Below are positions 63,303-64,000 of a DNA stretch of 64,000 nt, in pieces. The stretch lies in NCBI GenBank assembly GCA_951406725.2, contig OX597838.1, positions 1,178,001 to 1,242,000 of the forward strand, given 5' to 3'. The position numbers and the translations under genes are program-made. The DNA comes from Octopus vulgaris (lineage: Eukaryota). How positions within the stretch are numbered: position 1 is the first letter of the stretch; each line of letters begins with the position of its first letter. A model generated the notes under the pieces. The model saw only the letters and a list, made by a program, of their open reading frames with translations. It was not told the origin of the DNA and did no database searches.

Positions 63303-64000
63303 GTATGTTTCTATGTTTCTCTGTCTGTGTGTGTGTGTATGTTTTCATCATCATCTTCATTTAATATTCAATTTCCATGCTGGCATGGGTCGGATGATTC
63401 CACAGAAACTGGAAAGCCAGAAAACTGCACCAGGTTCCACTGTCTGCTTTGATATTGTTTCTATGACTGGATACTGCCCTTCCTAATGCCAACCACTTTA
63501 CAGAGTGGACTGCATGTCTTTGATGTGGTATCAATGCCAAATATATTGTTGTTTGTTGTGTTGACCTATCCTACCCTTGTGAGCTCAGACCAAACACATG
63601 CCCATGTCATGAACAAACATTAAAACAGTTTTTAAAAAGGTTTAATGATGTATTTTCATGCTTCATGTTAATTACTTTGTTTTGTATTGAACTCCTAACA
63701 TGTGGCAGTAATAAATAGCTTTACACTTAGTATGTTTATAGAGTTACAGAGACTGCAGAAATTATGTCCCTATCCTAATATGAAAATAAGTAACAGCTTT
63801 CTCACTTATTCACTAATTTAGCCAGCATTACGTTATATGTATGAATGGTAGCCTCTCACAAGTCTGAGAAAGACAATTCTGCAATTTCTTGCCGAACAAC
63901 CTTCCCAAATGATTTGTTTCTAGCAGTCAAGTGTTTGTGTTGCACCAAAGCTCTTACTCCCACCATCAAATTGTCATTACCTGTACAGGTGCACAAGTGT

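Overview
AT-rich, microsatellite- and retroposon-dense animal genomic DNA. The SINE/RTE repertoire resembles my recollection of Octopus repeats; this taxon call is an inference and was not searched. I could build two divergently oriented genes by hand. (1) A complete 4-exon SPT4/SUPT4H1 gene on the minus strand (CDS 11526->842, 117 aa). (2) The 5' half of a sulfonylurea-receptor-like ABCC8/ABCC9 gene on the plus strand (13 coding exons, 29565-63302; TMD0-L0-TMD1 to the NBD1 Walker A; continues past the window), probably with upstream non-coding exons from about 18 kb. Introns and intergenic DNA carry RTE and R4/Dong LINE fragments, a DD37D (maT) element, a deleted mariner, several hAT MITEs with TSDs and many SINEs. 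The most notable unexplained signal is a set of short elements next to (TA)n-type tracts that carry minimal type-I hammerhead ribozyme motifs with palindromic stem III. Three of them (12.4, 21.6, 44.2 kb) are head-to-head fold-backs with the ribozyme at the inversion centre, as in Penelope pLTRs/retrozymes. The SUR-like protein also has unusual insertions. All coordinates were counted by eye.
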